Translations under genes and position numbers: made by a program
Shown here: positions 58,266 through 64,000 of the stretch, in pieces
Numbering within the stretch: position 1 is the first letter of the stretch
How the letters are laid out: each line of letters opens with the position of its first letter
NCBI GenBank assembly: GCA_040954595.2
Contig: CM082588.2
Coordinates: 9,346,844 to 9,410,843 of the forward strand
Source of the DNA: Balanoglossus misakiensis
Lineage: Eukaryota; Animalia; Hemichordata
DNA length: 64,000 bases
Direction: 5' to 3'
Notes under the pieces: model-generated
Told to the model about the DNA's origin: nothing
Databases searched by the model: none
The model's input: the letters and a program-made list of their open reading frames with translations, nothing else

Positions 58266-61112
58266 CTGCAATAATTGGGATAAAGCATACACTGTATACA
58301 GTTGAGCTGGGCTCTCGGTGATTTGGTCCTGTTCATGATCATGACTGAAATCCCATCAATGGTACCGATCAAATGATTCTTGACCTGTCCCAGTGCGTGA
58401 TCTTAAATGATCAGGGGCAGGAGCCACATCTTCTGGAAAGCCAGAATCATTGATCGAACAGGTACCATTGATCAGAATGTGGGAGTATCAAAGCTCAGAT
58501 TTCCTTCTTGTATTGGTAGAAGTAAATGTATTGATTAATAAGCAGAGCCATTCTTAGCTCTTCCATCAAACCAATATATTATGATTTCTGTATGTTTTAT
58601 GATTTTTTTGTCTTTTGCCTCATTATTGGTAAATCATATTTTCTTTAAGTAATCAGCCGACTTATGTGAAATTTAGTATGAAGCTTTCTATAGGTGATCT
58701 GAGTTACAGTAGTTTCAAATTGTTGCAAAATTTGTAATTTACAATTTTGGAGCAAATTTGCTTTTAAGTTTTTAAAAGGCTTAATTTATGGAAGTATGTC
58801 ACTACTTTTAGTGAACAATTTTTTTCCCAGAATCAGTGGTCTTGTCATTAACTTTTAGTGGCAAATTGCTTTAAAATTATTTTCTACTATTTCTCACTGA
58901 ACTTACCCTTGATAGAAATATTTCTATCACAAAGGCACCCAATACAAACATGTTAGAATATGCAATAAGAATTTAAGATATCTAAAACATTATGATTATT
59001 TTTATGATTTATAATTATGAAAAGAATATCCGACAATTTCTTGAGGTGTAAAGGTTTTTTTTTCATGACAGGTTGATGACCTGTTCATGTACAAATGCAC
59101 ATTGTGAAGTTCAACACTATCTGAACTTACAAGAATACGTGTGGTATATTATATGCATTTGACCTAAAAAATATCCACAGCACCAGAACAAGAAGTGCGT
59201 TTGACCAATTGTTTACATCATTGGAGCCAGTCTTTTTTAAGCTGGTTTGCAAGAGCCTTCTGTAAGACATAGAACACAAGATGAAATAGTGTTATGGTTC
59301 GCCGTTGGTCTGTAAGCTGGTTGATGAGTTGAATGCAGAAACTCAACATGCTTTGCTTTCAGTGATGTTCCTCGATGTGTGGTGTGATGATTATGTAGGC
59401 CTCCTCTATGCAGTAAAATAGGACATGTTGTGCTGAACTAAATCTGACTTCCACAAAGCAATGTACCCTGTTGGTAAAGATTGTTAGCTACCCTAACACT
59501 TGTATTAAAGTTGTCTGATGTTGGCCTAAATTTTGTAAACCCAGCAAAAGATAAAAAATACTCGCCTTGCTTGTTGTCCTCTTTCCCTGAACGTGAATAA
59601 ACACACAAAAATAAACATTACTCTGGAAATTTTGTAAGATTATAAGCAATTCACTCTGTGTCAATGAATAATGGACTCCTGCCATGATCAGTGAACTTGT
59701 AAAATACAAATTTGTTTTTAGTAACAATCAAGTCACTATTCCCAATCAAACCAACACCCCTTTCAGTATCCTTCGATGTTATATTCTGAATGAATGAAAC
59801 ATTGGCAGGATTTCTATTTTGTCTTAATTGTACTAATTAAGCCATTCATAGAAGATTTTAAATAGTTTTTCCTTTTTTTTCTGTGACACAAGGTTTACAG
59901 GTTTTGATACAAACAGCTATTTTCAAGCATTGCAAATTGTTGTACAGGATTCGCTCGCTTTTCCTTGCGTATCATAAATTGTGTCTTAGTTTCTGTTCGA
60001 ACTTGTGATTCTGATCTGTGAAATTGTTTTCCTTCTGCAGTTTTGTGTTTTCATTTCTCAAGCCTGTGACTTCTTCATAAAGTTCATTTTGATGTCAAAG
60101 CAACTAAGGCTTCATCATAATAAGATACCCTGTGTTGCACATCATCAATGTCTTCAATCCACACGGCTACACCAAACTTTTCACATGTCAAAATACACAA
60201 ACGAACACTTACTTATTCATACAATGTATTAATTTAATGCTTTATTTCCCTGCATACTGGTACATATAAAATACTCTCTAGATTAATGATTACATATAAA
60301 AAATTTGTTTAGTCTGTAATATGGGTATAATTTATTATGTATGAATTTCTTTTTGTACATGATTGGATTTGTTTTACTTGTAAGCAGTCTACACGTTGTC
60401 CTTTCACAAATGTGCTGGATACATGCATGTCCGAACATGTTCATGGACCCAAAACATTCTACATCCTTTTCAAGACTTTGCAATTATATGGACAAAGTCT
60501 ATTGATATTAGTAAATTTCTAGAGATCAATACACATATTCCTGTCAGCTGCCACACACCTCCTGACGATTCTATAGGCGCTACATGAAATAAAAAAGGGG
60601 GTCCGCAAACGTCTTTCATTATACCAGACTTGAATGAGCTCTATTCAAACTTGCCTGTGGACAGTTAAAGGGAGAAACCATGACAAATGGCTTTCTGGTG
60701 GTTGTTTTATATTGTTGGGTGGATTTTATCTTTTCTCTTATATATACCAAGTTTGAATGAAATCTCTTCTTGCATAGTGGCTAAATCCTATGCAGCCCAG
60801 CTCATTTGCATAACAATGCAAAGTGGAGACCATAACTTTCCACTCAAATTATAAAATATTCAATGACTGACTGATTTCTTTTCTTCAATATAACTAAAAA
60901 TGAGCTAAAAAATGACTATAGCAACAAATTTTCATATGAAAGCTAAAAAAATTGGCTTTCAAATGATGCTAAAGTAAAAATAAAAGTAAAATAATTCCAT
61001 GACACTTTACCTGTGTGAACCTGTTGGAATACTGTTGGGGCGAATTTTAAACTCTTTTCAGTTTCAGCAACTACAGTTGGATTTCGAGAAAACATAATTA
61101 TAACAACATACC

Positions 61113-61261
61113 GGTATATACAGTCTGGTTAGCTTATTTACAATATTCATTAGTGCCTTTACACTTCTAGCTGTCACACTGGTATTCGGTATATACAGTC
61201 TGGTTAGCTTATTTACAATATTCATTAGTGCCTTTACACTTCTAGCTGTCACACTGGTATT
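61113..61261. repeat. Exact two-copy tandem duplication, 75-bp period
   Basis: ggtatatacagtctggttagc...gtcacactggtatt occurs twice. A separate 27-bp-period duplication lies at ~61338-61389. Confidence 0.9.
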
Positions 61262-61899
61262 AATGTCCGTAGCCAGTCACCTGAACTGCGTGGTACATGG
61301 CAATGCATCTGTCAAAATGGGGGTTTGGTTTCTTGACTTGCCTTTTTCTGTGTCTAATAGGCCATTGCCTTTTTCTGTGTCTAATAGGCAAGCGCCGTGT
61401 AAACAAACAACCCTCATGCGACTGTGGGTTAGGTCGCGTCGAGGAGGCTGCAGCTGCAGCCGCAGGTCAAGTCGGTGTGTGTTGTAAATAAACATGGTCA
61501 ATGCGTCCAGCACGTTTCCATGTCAGTTTCACGCTTACTCATTATAATGCCCCTATCATGCCTATCCTAATCCCGGGATCGTAATGTCTTCATGATATGA
61601 CGGTCCCACTGATATGACAATGCTCGCTTGTATTACTGAGGTTGGGAAGTGGACATGTATTTTCTAAGGCATGTGAAGAATGCCTTTGAAGACAATATAG
61701 AAATGTATTTTTTTCTAGCATTTCAAGTGTTTTTTGTTCATGATCAGTGAGTTTGATTAGTCACCAAGAGCATGATTTGATCGTGATGGAAATAAATATG
61801 AACCAACATCTGGCAAGAAATGCTGGATTTCATCAATCGATGCTTTGACCGACTGTAGGTTTGATACAACTTTCCTTCTCTTTTGTGCAGGAGATTTAT

Positions 61900-63337
61900 C
61901 ATCAGTACTAAAACTAGCACTTGCACCTGGAAATGTACTTTCTCCCTACACTTCACTCATGGACTGTTTCACTAGCTCAGATTTGATTAAGCGAACATTT
62001 GAAACAAACCAGGGTTTAAGTAGCATGTGTACCTGTTTGAGTTTCTTCAGGCAAACATGTGTAGTTAATTGAAGCTTGGTTAAATGTGTGGTGGACTGCT
62101 TCTTTGCCCTGCTCCCCGAAGAACCCTAGTCCTCGTTTATACAATCTGACCTTTTCCATTGTGTGGCACTCCAGCATGTGTAATTTGGGAAATACACTTT
62201 CATCGGGAAAATGCTTCCGATACAGGCTCATGAACCTTGATGTGGCAGTATCTGAAATAAATTGTATTTGAAAATGTCAATATTTTTTACTTCAAAGTTA
62301 TAAATTAGTAATTAAATGTTACAATAGTGATGTGCCATTTTTGATAAGCATTATGTATTTTGCTTCATGGAGCAAAGTATTTTGTATGGCTACATGCATG
62401 GTATCTAAAAAGCTGTCATCCTCTTTTTATTACCGTAAGAGCCCCCGTATGGGAAAACACCCCCTTTGTTTTTCAGGCCCATTTGTTGAATTATGAAGTT
62501 AGATTCTGTATAACGCACCCCCCCCCCCTCCCTCGGCCGAATATCCATTACATTTCTTAGAAATTTAATAAAGTCTTGTTTAAACTGTGTATGCAAAATT
62601 TGTGGTGTATGCTTTATAAGATAATAAACAGTAACTCTTTCGAATATGTGCTGGCCATGAAAAGGGGCTTTTGGTTTGTGGAGTATGATGAACTGCGTAA
62701 TTTACGTCATCGTAATTGTGAAGGTCGATCGATGACTCTGGAGAATTTGTTTCATTCTCTCCACTTTCTCAGCTTTCACCATAAAGCCGATGTTACAGAG
62801 CTGTAGCACTCAATACCTAAGGGAATGATACGATGCCGGTTGCTTTGGCTTTAGATAGTACGTGCGCTTTGTTGCAACATCGGCATCCATATTGACAGAT
62901 ATGAGTTTAGCGATGTCACGCCATAAACTTGCTACTTTCTTTTCATTGTATATCTTCCTTGTTCCCTATCTTCCCTGTGAGTGTGATTGTCTGTGTCTAC
63001 TGTGTGTGTATGAAAGACCTACCTAAGTGTTCCATATCTGCTCTGTGTACGTTGGTTTGTGCTTGTCTGACTTATTCCCTGCCTGCTGTGTGTATATGTG
63101 TGCAAGTGGAAGAGGTGGTGGGGGTGGGGGTACCTGCATGCATGCTGTACTTACCCAATTCTTCAATTTCAATATTCTCAATTTCCTGCGGAGGGAATAT
63201 TTGTTGTGGCAGTTTGCAAATTCAGTGAACAGTGGTTGATGATTGAGAACAATTTCCCGGGCTTTTGGAAGCAACTCTGGGCATACCTGCTCTGTCACAT
63301 TTACCCCACTGTTGCACAGTAGATTCACATTTTGTGG
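61900..63337 (-). pseudogene. Intron-containing Chapaev-like (CMC/Transib-RAG1-related) DDE transposase remnant; exons 63155-63337 and ~61900-62251
   Basis: LFTEFANCHNKY..EEL|DTATSRFMSLYRKHFPDESVFPKLHMLECH...GLGFFGEQGKEAVHHTFN carries the PKxHxLxxH...EQGxExxH catalytic-Glu signature. Canonical splice sites; frameshifts. Confidence 0.7.
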
Positions 63338-64000
63338 CTGAAAAATAGGCAGTCCTATCATTAATCTTTTCATTCTCAGGGCAAGTTTTTTTCACTATGA
63401 ATTAAGTCTGTATTTCAAGACTGTAAATGATATACTTAACATTTATACTTAAAATAAAATCAAATGGATGTTATAAATGTTCTGTTAAATTATATTTGAT
63501 TAATGTATTTATTAATCAACGTTTGGTTACTCACCAACCTGAAAAATATTGTTCAACGTCCAACCTAAAAATAAAAAAACTAACAGAAAAATGAAAAATA
63601 AAGATAAAATGTCCACAGGAACTTTGCTATGTATCAACTTTCAGTACAGTTTATTGTCTCTCTCTTTAATGTGGAAAATGTCGATCATTCAGTGTTATTG
63701 CTGACCAAAGAGTTCTAGTCAAGACCTGAATAAATTTTCAAAAATAAATATGATAACAATCTTTTGTCAACAATAACATTGCTTGTATTGCCTATATTGA
63801 CCCTGGTGACAACCTGAATACTTGGCTTATCAACATGTTGTAGGGAGCATAACAAGAAACTGTAGATAAAAACACACAGAACACAGATACTGCAAATCTT
63901 ATCAAAAGTTACGGCTACTGTGACATTCCAATAATTTTTTTTAAATGAAATTATTCTCTGAAAGTACAGTGTTACAGTGTGTGGTCTGTTACAGCAAAGC

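Overview
Eukaryotic genomic DNA, AT-rich with GT-AG introns. The repeat and gene content suggest a marine invertebrate deuterostome, which is inference only. In order along the window: (1) an (ATGT)n microsatellite and a ~3 kb 91-bp satellite; (2) a 5'-truncated LINE split by a full-length but disabled Ty3/Gypsy element, with LTRs, PBS, PPT and both TSDs visible; (3) several TTAA- or TTA-flanked MITEs and long hairpins; (4) one intact 12-coding-exon gene for a ~570-aa secreted protein (signal peptide, WRRRRRRR, TSP1, EGF, then 11 mostly Ca-binding EGF modules); (5) three decayed tandem copies of an unrecognised small acidic/basic gene; (6) a ~21 kb pile of non-autonomous Helentron-like elements (36298-57262) that looks nested rather than simply tandem, with 12 5' hairpin heads and 14 3' tails, inserted at a TT inside an exon of a dead hAT/ZNF862-like transposase; (7) decayed kinase and Chapaev-like transposase exons on the minus strand. 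The self-targeting nested array is the most unusual structure. Most short ORFs in the supplied track are repeat artefacts. Family assignments come from recalled motifs, not from database searches.
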